DNA of 64,000 bases from Candidatus Shapirobacteria bacterium (lineage in GTDB: Bacteria; Patescibacteriota; Microgenomatia; UBA12405). The translations under genes were made by a program, and so were the position numbers. Positions 1 to 9,697 of the stretch are shown piece after piece (position 1 is the stretch's first letter; each line of letters starts with the position of its first letter). The notes below the pieces were generated by a model, which ran no database searches, was not told the DNA's origin, and saw only the letters and a program-made list of their open reading frames with translations. Location of the stretch: the NCBI GenBank assembly GCA_041661765.1, contig JBAZTV010000001.1, forward strand, positions 7,755 through 71,754, given 5' to 3'.

Positions 1-5
1 TCTAT

Positions 6-3000
6 TTGAATACCACCGGTAATTATAATACTGCCAGTGGTTATTGGTCTCTCTACGCAAATAGAACTGGTTCTTACAACACCGCCCTTGGTTATTATGC
101 CCTTGGTGCTGGCACCACATTAAATGCCAACATTGCCGTTGGTTATCGAGCTGGTTTAAATCTATCCATCGGTTCCAGTAATATTTTCTTAGGTAATGAC
201 AATGGCGCCACTGGTGCTTATGATAATCGTCTTTATATTGGTAATGGTCAAAATCCAATTATTTATGGTAATTTAGCTAATAATAATATTAGTATTGGTA
301 CCACTGCCACAGGTGCCCGTCTCACTGTCCTTGGTAATAGCAATTCTGTTACTTCCGATTTCACTTTATTAAATGGCGATGGCACCGCCAATCTTGAAAT
401 CCGCACTGGATTAACTGATTTAAATAATATTTTTATTGGAACTGGAGTTGGTCAAACCAATACTACTGGTAGCGCAAATACCGCTAATGGTTCTGAATCA
501 CTTCGCAATAACACTACCGGCTCATATAACACTGCCAATGGTTATTATTCACTCAATCAAAACATATCTGGTAGTTTTAATACCTCTTTTGGTATGTATT
601 CTTTAGAAGATAACACCACTGGCTCATATAACACTGCTTTGGGTAATCAATCAATTTATAACAATAAAACCGGTAACTATAATACTGCTGTTGGTATTAA
701 CTCCCTCGGATTAGGAACCACTTTAAATTCCAATATTGGTCTTGGTATGATGGCTGGCTACAACCTTTCCATCGGTTCCAGTAACATTTTCCTAGGCAAC
801 AATAATGGTGCTACTGGTGCTTATGATAATCGTCTTTACATTGGTAATGGTCAAAACCCTGTTATTTATGGTGATTTAGCTTTAGGTAATATTGGTATCG
901 GCACCACCAACCCTCGTTTCAAAGCCGAAATCAATAATGCTCTTTATGTCAGTGCTTTAAATGTTGGCATTACTGTTGCTTCTGAAAGTTTTTCTGGAAC
1001 ATCATTTGCTCCCACAAATTACACCACTGGCGTGGGCGATAGTGCTTTTGTTCGAGACGTCGCTAATTATCAAGACACTGCCGGCTCAGCCACAAATGGT
1101 GCCGTTCCAGCGTGGGGTTTCGCTTGGATCGAGACCACTGTTAATATGCCATCCTATGGTTATGTTAATTATTGGTGGAAAGTAAGTTCAGAGGCTAGCT
1201 ACGATTTCTTAGTCGTTTGTGTTGATCGAAGCACTTGTAATCTTACAAATTACGATAGACGTATTTCTGGTACCGTAGATTGGACTCAAGTTAATATTGC
1301 ACTTGCCGCTGGCAGTCACACCATTCGATGGGGTTACGCTAAAGATGGCTATACTGTTGGTGGCACCGATCAAGGTTGGATTGATAATATTACATTTGGA
1401 CTTTCTAGTGGCAATATCTATACCGATGGTAATATTAGTATTGGTACTACTACTGCTAATGCTCGCCTCACTATACTCGGAGACAGTAATCCTCATACTT
1501 CCGACCTTACCTTATTAAATGCCGACGGTACCCCTGGTATTGAAATTCGCACCGATTTAACATGGAACTTGCGAAACACTTTTATTGGATATAATGTTGG
1601 TGCTTCCAATACTAGTGGTGATAATAATACTGCTCTAGGTGCTTATTCTTTTATAAATAACACTAGTGGTTTCGCTAATACTTCTGTTGGCCGTTTTTCT
1701 CTCTATGCTAATATCTCTGGTTTTGGCAATAATGCTTTTGGTAGTGCCGCCCTGTCCAACAACACCACTGGCTACGATAATATTGCTTTTGGGAACAATA
1801 CCCTTTCAGATAATTTATCAGGTCATGATAATATCGCTATTGGTAGTGTTTCTATGTGGAACAATATAACAGGTAATAAAAACGTCGCTTTAGGTAGTGA
1901 GTCACTCTATTACAACAATAGTGATGAAAATGTTGCTATTGGTTATTATTCTCTTAACGAAAACATTGGTGGAACTGGTAATTCTGCCTTAGGCAGTCAG
2001 TCTCTCAAAAACAACACTTCTGGTAATTACAATACCGCCAGTGGATATAAATCACTCTATTTTAGTAATAATGGTTCAAATAATACCGCTTTAGGTAGTT
2101 TTGCGGGTTACAATATTGGTAATGGTAGTAGTAATGTTTTCTTAGGTTACGAAGCTGGTTACAACGAAACTGGTTCCAATAAACTTTATATTGCAAATTC
2201 TCAAAACAATACTCTTATCTACGGTAGCTTTTCTACTGGCAATGTCAGTATTGGCACTACTGTCAACACTGCTCGTCTAACAATAAAAGGAGACAGTGAT
2301 GTTAATAACCCCGATTTTATTCTCCTAAATGCTGATAATAGTACCAATCTTCAAATCAGGACTGGATTAACAGATTTAAATAATATTTATATTGGAAAAG
2401 GATCTGGATGGACTAATACCACTGGTAGTTATAACACCTCTAATGGTTCATTTGCTTTAAGTGGTAATACTACTGGTTCTAACAATACTGCTAATGGTTC
2501 ATTTGCTTTAGCTAGTAATACAACCGGTTATCAAAACACCGCCAATGGTTCATCAGCTTTAGTCAATAACATTTCTGGTAACATTAATGTCGCAATGGGA
2601 TACCAATCCCTCTATACCAATACCATTGGAGGCGGAAATGTCGCCATTGGAAGTAACTCACTCACTCAGAATATTAATGGAAACTGGAACACTGCTGTCG
2701 GTGAAGCAGCCCTAACCAGCAACACTTCTGGTGTCTATAACACCGCTTATGGACAAGGCTCTCTCGGACAAAATAGTACTGGGTCCTACAACACCGTCAT
2801 CGGTTCTTTGGCTGGTTATAGTGTTGGTATTGGTAGTAGTAATGTTTTTCTAGGTTACCAAGCTGGTTACAATGAAACTGGTTCCAACAAACTTTATATT
2901 GCAAATTCTCAAAACAATGCTCTTGTCTATGGTGATTTTTCCTCTGGCAACATCAGTATCGGCACTACTATCAACACTGCCCGACTCACAATAAAAGGAG

Positions 3001-5345
3001 ACAGTGATTCCGCCACTTCCGATTTCACTTTATTAAATGGCGATGGCACTACTAGTCTTGAAATCAGAACTGGTATTGGTGATTCGGCAAATACATTTAT
3101 TGGAATCAATGTTGGTTCTTCTAATACCACCGGATATCGTAATACTGGCCTTGGTTACGGTTCCCTAAGATTAAATACCACCGGATATCGTAACACCGCC
3201 ATTGGTTATGGTTCTCTAAGATCCAATACAGAAGGTTTTGATAACCTTGCTTTTGGTAATAATTCACTTTTTTACAACACCACTGGTAGTTCCAATGCTG
3301 CTTTCGGTGGCGTTTCCCTATTTAATAACACCACCGGTAACTATAATTCTGCTGTTGGTGGTGGTTCACTTTCCTCCAACACCGAAGGTTTTAATAACTC
3401 TGCTTTTGGTTATAATTCACTTTTTTGGAACACCACCGGATACCGTAACTCTACTTTTGGTAGTAATTCACTTTCCTCCAACACAACTGGCAACAATAAT
3501 ACTTCTCTTGGTTATTTTGCCCTCGGTTTCGGTACCACTTTAAATTCCAACATTGCTATTGGCTACGAGGCTGGTATGAACCTTTCTGTTGGTTCCAGTA
3601 ATATCTTCTTAGGCAACAGCAACGGTGCTGGTGGTGCTTACAGTAATCGTCTCTACATTGGTAATGGTCAAAGTCCAATTATTTATGGCGATTTAAGCAC
3701 TGGCTACGTCGGCATCGGCACCACCGCCCCAGGCACTCCATTTGCCGTCGCTGGTCTTACTGGTACTACCAGTGGAAATTATCTTCGCTACTACAATAAT
3801 AATTTTTATTACTATTCCTCCTCTGCTCGTTATAAAGATAATATTGAAGTTTTTGATGATGATTTCTCTAAAATTCTCAATATTGAACCAAAAATATTTA
3901 CCGATAAAACCAGCGGTGAAAGAAATATTGGTTTTATTGCCGAAGAAATGGATGCTGCTGGTCTTAATCATCTAGTCACCTACAAAAATGGATTACCAGA
4001 TACTGTTGAATATCAATTAGTTTCTGCATACCTTCTTCAGCTGGCTAAACAACAAAAAATTAAAATTGACAACATTAATAATGATCTATCCCTCACTCAA
4101 ACTGGTCAAATTTCCGTCAACACCAATGTTTCCGATGAAGTCCTCTCTTCTCTTGGCTACGACGGTGCCAAAAATGAAATTGAAGCTGCCACTTATTCTC
4201 TAACCGACACTCTCGGCAACACCGTCTCTCGTATTTCTCAATTCAGTGAAATCGCTTCCGCCAAAATCAAAACCGGTCTCCTTTCCGCCACCAACATCAT
4301 TACCAAAAATATGGTCGCTGAAAAAATCGTTTCACCTTCGGCCGACATAGGTTCACTGAAGGCGGCCACTGCCACTGTTTCTGGCACTCTTTCCGCTAAT
4401 AAAATCGAAACCAACGATCTAGCCGCTAATACCGCTACAGTCTCCACTCTTTATGCCGACAACATTATTTCCAAAGAAGGTTCAATTGGTGAATTAATGA
4501 CCGCCAAAGTCAGTGCCCTCCGCGATGAACTTAAAAATTTAGTTGCCCTAAATACTCAGTCTTCCGGAGCTTCAGCGGAGGAGACCACCCTCACTGGCAC
4601 TTCCCTTCAATCTCAATCATCCACCTGGTCAATGAATATTGCCAGTGATTCGGCCAAAATAACCGGTGATCTCGAACTCGGCAACAACCTCATTGTTGGT
4701 GCTAAACTTACCGTCAATGGCGACACTCAACTCGGCAATGCCTTCATCACCGGCACTTTCACTGCCGGCGAAATCGCCATTAAAGATAATTTTATCGAAA
4801 CCACCAACACCGCTCTCTATATCCAGCCATCACAAACCGGTTCAGTCCACATCATGGGCGACACTTTAGTCATCGCCGAAAACGGCAATATTCAAATCAA
4901 CGGCAATTTAACTGTTTCCGGTTCCCTCATGGCCAACCTCATCGTCGCCGACGAAATCCAAGCCAATAAATTAACCGCCGCCCAAATAAATTCCAATGAA
5001 ATTAAAATTGCTACCGATTCTGCCCAAACCATCGTTGCCGAATCTGGTTTCGGACAAATCGCCACCTCCTCTGCCAAACTAACCTCCAATGCCACCGCCG
5101 GCACCGCCACCCTCCCATCCGGCAAAACTGAAATTGTTATTACCAACGACAAAATCACCGCCAACTCCATGGTCTACCTCACCCCAGTCGGTTCCACCAA
5201 CAACCAAGTCCCCTACATCAAAACCAAAATGGTTTATTCCGAAGCTGAATTACTCGCCGACCCCACCTTACAAAATTACTTCACCATCTCTCTTGATAAT
5301 TATTTAGATAAAGATATCCAAATCAATTGGTGGATTATTAATTAA
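6..5345 (+). CDS. Giant surface/adhesin-like repeat protein (5'-truncated by window edge) with NTAxGxxAL beta-repeats, an internal peptidase S74-like chaperone domain and a C-terminal WWIIN domain
   Basis: 1779+ aa; dozens of ~14-aa N(T/S)AxGxx(S/A)L repeats; LYIxN...IYG...GNIxIGT linkers; SSARYKDNI...GFIAEE...VEY S74-like motif at ~3813-4075. Confidence 0.8.
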   Translation: MNTTGNYNTASGYWSLYANRTGSYNTALGYYALGAGTTLNANIAVGYRAGLNLSIGSSNIFLGNDNGATGAYDNRLYIGNGQNPIIYGNLANNNISIGTTATGARLTVLGNSNSVTSDFTLLNGDGTANLEIRTGLTDLNNIFIGTGVGQTNTTGSANTANGSESLRNNTTGSYNTANGYYSLNQNISGSFNTSFGMYSLEDNTTGSYNTALGNQSIYNNKTGNYNTAVGINSLGLGTTLNSNIGLGMMAGYNLSIGSSNIFLGNNNGATGAYDNRLYIGNGQNPVIYGDLALGNIGIGTTNPRFKAEINNALYVSALNVGITVASESFSGTSFAPTNYTTGVGDSAFVRDVANYQDTAGSATNGAVPAWGFAWIETTVNMPSYGYVNYWWKVSSEASYDFLVVCVDRSTCNLTNYDRRISGTVDWTQVNIALAAGSHTIRWGYAKDGYTVGGTDQGWIDNITFGLSSGNIYTDGNISIGTTTANARLTILGDSNPHTSDLTLLNADGTPGIEIRTDLTWNLRNTFIGYNVGASNTSGDNNTALGAYSFINNTSGFANTSVGRFSLYANISGFGNNAFGSAALSNNTTGYDNIAFGNNTLSDNLSGHDNIAIGSVSMWNNITGNKNVALGSESLYYNNSDENVAIGYYSLNENIGGTGNSALGSQSLKNNTSGNYNTASGYKSLYFSNNGSNNTALGSFAGYNIGNGSSNVFLGYEAGYNETGSNKLYIANSQNNTLIYGSFSTGNVSIGTTVNTARLTIKGDSDVNNPDFILLNADNSTNLQIRTGLTDLNNIYIGKGSGWTNTTGSYNTSNGSFALSGNTTGSNNTANGSFALASNTTGYQNTANGSSALVNNISGNINVAMGYQSLYTNTIGGGNVAIGSNSLTQNINGNWNTAVGEAALTSNTSGVYNTAYGQGSLGQNSTGSYNTVIGSLAGYSVGIGSSNVFLGYQAGYNETGSNKLYIANSQNNALVYGDFSSGNISIGTTINTARLTIKGDSDSATSDFTLLNGDGTTSLEIRTGIGDSANTFIGINVGSSNTTGYRNTGLGYGSLRLNTTGYRNTAIGYGSLRSNTEGFDNLAFGNNSLFYNTTGSSNAAFGGVSLFNNTTGNYNSAVGGGSLSSNTEGFNNSAFGYNSLFWNTTGYRNSTFGSNSLSSNTTGNNNTSLGYFALGFGTTLNSNIAIGYEAGMNLSVGSSNIFLGNSNGAGGAYSNRLYIGNGQSPIIYGDLSTGYVGIGTTAPGTPFAVAGLTGTTSGNYLRYYNNNFYYYSSSARYKDNIEVFDDDFSKILNIEPKIFTDKTSGERNIGFIAEEMDAAGLNHLVTYKNGLPDTVEYQLVSAYLLQLAKQQKIKIDNINNDLSLTQTGQISVNTNVSDEVLSSLGYDGAKNEIEAATYSLTDTLGNTVSRISQFSEIASAKIKTGLLSATNIITKNMVAEKIVSPSADIGSLKAATATVSGTLSANKIETNDLAANTATVSTLYADNIISKEGSIGELMTAKVSALRDELKNLVALNTQSSGASAEETTLTGTSLQSQSSTWSMNIASDSAKITGDLELGNNLIVGAKLTVNGDTQLGNAFITGTFTAGEIAIKDNFIETTNTALYIQPSQTGSVHIMGDTLVIAENGNIQINGNLTVSGSLMANLIVADEIQANKLTAAQINSNEIKIATDSAQTIVAESGFGQIATSSAKLTSNATAGTATLPSGKTEIVITNDKITANSMVYLTPVGSTNNQVPYIKTKMVYSEAELLADPTLQNYFTISLDNYLDKDIQINWWIIN

Positions 5346-5351
5346 ACTCAA

Positions 5352-5434
5352 TCTCCCTAAATCCCTCTTTGACAAGAGGGATTTAATAATATTATTTACC
5401 TCCCCCGTCTTGTCAAAGAAGGGGGCCGGGGGGA
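5352..5434. repeat. Inverted doublet of family-A palindromes
   Basis: Reverse copy 5352-5385 followed by forward copy 5401-5434. Confidence 0.8.
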
Positions 5435-5493
5435 AGATTGAAACAATCGAGGGGTTTTGAACAAAATTAAAAATTAATTGTTAAACTAAATAT

Positions 5494-6807
5494 ATGCCTC
5501 AACAATTTACCCAAGAACAAATTGAAAAACTTAAAAATCTCGGAATCGAAGTTAATCCCAAAGACACTATTACCAACGAAAATCAACTCGCCGACTTATC
5601 CACTCCCCAACCAACCGAAACACCAAATTTACCTCCACTACCTCAACCAACCGAAACAGAAAATAATAATTTCTCCCCTTCCTCAAGGGGAGATGCGGCA
5701 AATGCCGAGAGGGGTTTAGACAAAAAAAAGACCCCTCCAGTTTTCCCTCTCCTGTCCATTTCCGGTCTCACCCTTCTCTCTTTCGGCGGTCTCGTTTTTT
5801 TAAAAGGCAATGGTTCCCAATCCAACAATCCATCTAAAATCACTCCTTCACCCGTCCGTAGTCAACAAGACGTAGGAGGGCCCACACAAGTACCTAAGTC
5901 TATCCAACATTATCTTTTAACATCACAACAATATTTTTCCCAAGCCGTTTCTAAACAATCCACTGATAATTCATCCTCTGTCGAACTACTTAATAATTCA
6001 ATTATAGCCGCAACTCAGGCAATAAAAGAATTCCCAGACGACTATCGTGGCTACCAACAACGAGGTAATATTTACCAGGCTCTTACTAGTTCAAAACCCG
6101 ATCTTTTAGATCAATCTATATCTGATTTTGCCTCTGCTTTCAAATTAAATTCCAACTCTGCTGAAATCACCCGTTCCCTCGCTTCACTTTATGCCAAAAA
6201 AGGTGATGCCAATAAAACTATTCTCTATTTAAACCAAACCGTTGCTCTCGAACCAACCAAAGCCCAAAATTTTTATGACCTTGCCAAAATCCAGCAACAA
6301 GTCGGTCTTCTTTCTCAAGCCCTCGACACTTACAGTAAACTAACCACTCTAATCACCGATCCAACCCAAAAAATCCAAGTCGAATCCGAAAAAGCTGCCC
6401 TCGAAAAACTAGTTGCTCAAAATCCACGCTCTTCCGAAGCTTCAGCGCAGGAGAGCCAAATTTTACCACCCATCGCCGCTCCATCTTCTCTCGACTCTCC
6501 AACTATTCAAGCCATGGGCGAAGGAGGTCTCATTATTGCTGCTCCCGAAGAAGACAAATCAATTACTGTCACCAACCAAACTGAATCAAATTCTCTTTCC
6601 GGAACCTCAATTATTTCCTCTGGCCAAAAAGAAATTACTATTCCCAACAACAATATTTCTTCTACTTCCCAAGTATATGTCACTGTTACAAAAGGTGGCA
6701 AAAATCAAAATCTCCAAGTCATTTCAAAATCAGAAAAATCTTTCATTGTCGGTCTCGATTCCCCAATTTCCGAAGACATCGAATTCAAATGGTGGATCAT
6801 TAATTAA
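5494..6807 (+). CDS. Membrane-anchored TPR protein with C-terminal WWIIN domain
   Basis: Single TM (PVFPLLSISGLTLLSFGGLVFL); TPR-like helices (YQQRGNIY, LASLYAKKG, FYDLAKIQQQVG); C-terminus homologous to that of the upstream gene. Confidence 0.75.
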   Translation: MPQQFTQEQIEKLKNLGIEVNPKDTITNENQLADLSTPQPTETPNLPPLPQPTETENNNFSPSSRGDAANAERGLDKKKTPPVFPLLSISGLTLLSFGGLVFLKGNGSQSNNPSKITPSPVRSQQDVGGPTQVPKSIQHYLLTSQQYFSQAVSKQSTDNSSSVELLNNSIIAATQAIKEFPDDYRGYQQRGNIYQALTSSKPDLLDQSISDFASAFKLNSNSAEITRSLASLYAKKGDANKTILYLNQTVALEPTKAQNFYDLAKIQQQVGLLSQALDTYSKLTTLITDPTQKIQVESEKAALEKLVAQNPRSSEASAQESQILPPIAAPSSLDSPTIQAMGEGGLIIAAPEEDKSITVTNQTESNSLSGTSIISSGQKEITIPNNNISSTSQVYVTVTKGGKNQNLQVISKSEKSFIVGLDSPISEDIEFKWWIIN

Positions 6808-7184
6808 ACCCACCCCTAACCCCTCCCTTGACAAGGAGGGGAAATTAAATTTGCTAATTTATTTTTTACAATATTGATTTGATTTAATATTTCATCATTA
6901 GTAAATCTAATAGTTTTAATTCCAATTTGATATAAAAATTTATCTCTAGTTTCATCATATCCTTTCCTTTTGTTATGTGAACTTCCATCAATTTCTATTG
7001 CTAAATTTAATTCAGAACAATAAAAATCCAAGATAAAACGGTTTATTGGTTTTTGTCTTAAAAACTTATATCCTGTTTTTCTCTTCATTAAAATTTCTCT
7101 CCATATTTTTTCTTCAGTCATAAACAATTTTTTTTCTCATATTTTTATTCCCCTCCTTGTCAAGGGAGGGGTTAGGGGTGGGTT
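6807..7184. mobile_element. Putative DUF559 cassette bounded by perfect 37-bp inverted repeats (6807-6843 and 7148-7184)
   Basis: aacccacccctaacccctcccttgacaaggaggggaa is the exact reverse complement of ttcccctccttgtcaagggaggggttaggggtgggtt; mobility is inferred. Confidence 0.6.
6816..7127 (-). CDS. DUF559 / Vsr-like endonuclease
   Basis: FLRQKPINRFILDFYC...LAIEIDGSSH...YDETRDKFL..IGIKTIRFTN motifs typical of DUF559; N-terminus short or frameshifted. Confidence 0.85.
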   Translation of the reverse strand: MFMTEEKIWREILMKRKTGYKFLRQKPINRFILDFYCSELNLAIEIDGSSHNKRKGYDETRDKFLYQIGIKTIRFTNDEILNQINIVKNKLANLISPPCQGRG

Positions 7185-7245
7185 AAAACAACAAATTGAT
7201 TTTAAATAATTAGTAATATTTTTCACACTTTAATAATAAAGTTTT

Positions 7246-7472
7246 AAGCCTCCCTGTCAAGGGAGGTGGATTCCGATGTAATCGGAAGACGGAGGGTTTT
7301 AAAAAAAGATTAATTTCTCTCCTTGTTAAGGGGAGATACCGGTTTATCCGGAGAGAAGATTTAAAATAAAAGGTGTTTCCAAACCAAAAACCTCCCTTTC
7401 TTCAAGAGAGGTTTAACTTCTTTATTATTTCTCCCCTATCAAGGGGAGATGCGGCGAATGCCGAGAGGGGTT
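7246..7472 (+). repeat. Cluster of family-A palindromic elements next to the DUF559 gene
   Basis: Copies at 7246-7300, 7315-7362, 7388-7414 and 7429-7472; the last is near-identical to the in-frame copy at 5671-5717. Confidence 0.85.
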
Positions 7473-7473
7473 C

Positions 7474-9537
7474 TTATTGTGCCGGTGCCACAGTTACCTC
7501 AGCAACCGTTGGTTGTGCAAACTGCTCAGCTGGCACTTCCACCTTTTGTTCACTTCCCACATCCGTAGCTGCTCCTTGCACCTGCCCATCCGCTGGTGCT
7601 TTTGGTTGTTCCACAGGTTGCATCTGTTCTACTGGCTGTGCCTGTTGTATTGTTTGTGTCTGATTTTTGGCCGCCTCTGCCTTAGCTGCTTCAACTGCCT
7701 TAGCCTGTTGTTCAGTTAATTTTGCCAATTCAGCCTTCCAAGTTTCTAATTCTTTCACCGCTGTTTCATAATCAGTCGAATCAGCCGACACCAAAGTCAA
7801 AGCTTGTTCTAATCTAGCCACCGCCGCAGCCAATTTATTTTGTTGCTTAGCCGCATAAGACCAATTGTACCAAGCATTAGCAAAATCAGCCTTATTTGTT
7901 GCTGCCTGTTCAAAAGCTCTCTCTGCTTGCTCATAACTACCAGCCGCATAAAGCAAACCACCCATATCTAAAGAATAAACCGGATTAACTGGATCCAAAA
8001 TCACTGTTTGTTGATAAGCCTGATAACTCCAATCAGCCGCTCCATCCACCAATCCAACCAAAGTCTTATAAATTCCCGCCAAATTATACCAATACTCTGG
8101 ATTTTTTTGATTCAATGAAATTGCTGCCTTTGCCTCTCGTACAGATTGTTGCACCAAAGTCGAAGCCTTTGTTTTATCATCATCACTAATATCTGTTTTA
8201 CTCAACAAAGTCTGGGCTAAAGACAAATTTACTTGAGAATATGTTTTTCTATAACTTGCTAAATTTGGATTAAATCCAATTGCTTTAATCTGCAATTCAT
8301 AAGTTTTAGTTCCATCATTTTTAGTTGCTGCCACCAACGACTTTCTCATATAAAAATCACCCAAAAACATTCTTCCTGCCCAAAAACTACCAAAACCCAC
8401 TCCTACCAAAACCAACACTGCCACAACATAAGGCATCACATTAAAATTCTTTTCACCCACATTCAAAATCAATTTACTCTCCTTAGTTACAAGAATATTA
8501 TTTGACAAAATCCACACTAATAAAAACACTGTCAATAAATTCAATGGCAATAATAAAGATATAGCCAAAAATAAAGCCAATTGTCCAACTTTAACTGTCT
8601 TCTTTAATCTCAAAACCATTGCAATTAAATAGAAAACTAAAACCAAACCCACCACCCCTAACTCAGTCCAAATTTGCAAAATTCCCATTGAAGAAGATGA
8701 AAATGATCCAGACCAGTAATTTGTCAAATTAAAACTCACTGGTTTAAATGAATTAAAAGCTTCCAAAAAGTTACCAATTCCCACCCCAAAAATCGGAGCC
8801 ACTTTAAAAGTTTCCGCCGCAATTACCCAGGCACTTTTAAAATCCAAAAATATCCACCCAGCTTTAAAAGCTCTATAAATATCCAGTAAAAATAAAAGCG
8901 AGAAAAAGATTGTAGCTCCTGCCTCCATCCAATAATCCTTTAAATCAGATTTTTCTTTCACTTTCTTCAATAACCCCTTTAACCATCCAAAGATTAAAAA
9001 AAGAAACAAAGTCACTTCAGCTAAAACTGAACCAGTCAAAGACCATGCCGCATTGATCGACAATAATGGATCAGTTTTTGGAATCAATAATGGTAATTTA
9101 CTTGCTGGCAACAAAAAAACTATTAATGAAATAATACCTGAAATCAATCCCGCAATTGTCAAAAACAAAAATTGCTTCTTAGTTTCTTCCTTATCATTAA
9201 CTTGAAGCCACACAAAAAACAAAATGAAAAAAGAAATAACCGTCCCCATTCCCATTGGATTCATCAAAGACACCATCTTTGATCCAGTATCAAGTCTAAA
9301 AAACGTCACACCCGACCAAATCACAAAAATTAAAAACAACCAAAAAAGTTTATTTGTCTTTACTGTTTTTTCTTTATCAGTTATCAATTTGACTGTCCAT
9401 AAAATTAATGCCACAAAAGCCATCATTGCCAATGCTAAATTTTTTCCAAAACCAAACCCATCCAACACAACCGGAATAAAAACAATTGGGAAAATTAAAA
9501 AAATTGATCGGACAAAATATTTTAAAATGGTGTTCAT
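7474..9537 (-). CDS. Polytopic membrane protein (O-antigen ligase/Wzy_C-like) with C-terminal TPRs
   Basis: ~12 TM segments; PIFGVGIGNF motif; TPR motifs PEYWYNLAGIY and ANAWYNWSYA; ATG at 9537 chosen. Confidence 0.75.
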   Translation of the reverse strand: MNTILKYFVRSIFLIFPIVFIPVVLDGFGFGKNLALAMMAFVALILWTVKLITDKEKTVKTNKLFWLFLIFVIWSGVTFFRLDTGSKMVSLMNPMGMGTVISFFILFFVWLQVNDKEETKKQFLFLTIAGLISGIISLIVFLLPASKLPLLIPKTDPLLSINAAWSLTGSVLAEVTLFLFLIFGWLKGLLKKVKEKSDLKDYWMEAGATIFFSLLFLLDIYRAFKAGWIFLDFKSAWVIAAETFKVAPIFGVGIGNFLEAFNSFKPVSFNLTNYWSGSFSSSSMGILQIWTELGVVGLVLVFYLIAMVLRLKKTVKVGQLALFLAISLLLPLNLLTVFLLVWILSNNILVTKESKLILNVGEKNFNVMPYVVAVLVLVGVGFGSFWAGRMFLGDFYMRKSLVAATKNDGTKTYELQIKAIGFNPNLASYRKTYSQVNLSLAQTLLSKTDISDDDKTKASTLVQQSVREAKAAISLNQKNPEYWYNLAGIYKTLVGLVDGAADWSYQAYQQTVILDPVNPVYSLDMGGLLYAAGSYEQAERAFEQAATNKADFANAWYNWSYAAKQQNKLAAAVARLEQALTLVSADSTDYETAVKELETWKAELAKLTEQQAKAVEAAKAEAAKNQTQTIQQAQPVEQMQPVEQPKAPADGQVQGAATDVGSEQKVEVPAEQFAQPTVAEVTVAPAQ

Positions 9538-9612
9538 AGATTCAGCATAACAAAAGCATTTTTTTTTGACAATCATCAAAATAGCTCTTTCCCCGCACTT
9601 TTATCGCTTTAA

Positions 9613-9697
9613 AAATCCACCCCTGCCCCTCCTTTGACAAAAGGAGGGAAAATTCCCCTTTAGTCAAAGGGGAAAGCGGCGAAGCCGAAGGGGATTT
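9613..9697. repeat. Inverted doublet of family-A palindromes
   Basis: Reverse copy 9613-9649, forward copy 9653-9697. Confidence 0.8.

Noticed and set aside
6-5345. Prophage tail-fibre gene
   Set aside because: An S74-like domain is present but there are no capsid, terminase or integrase genes; the context is cellular.
6807-7472. CRISPR array or cas-like locus (clustered 35-50 bp palindromic repeats beside a nuclease)
   Set aside because: Repeats are non-identical, irregularly spaced, partly inverted and dispersed across the window; no cas genes.
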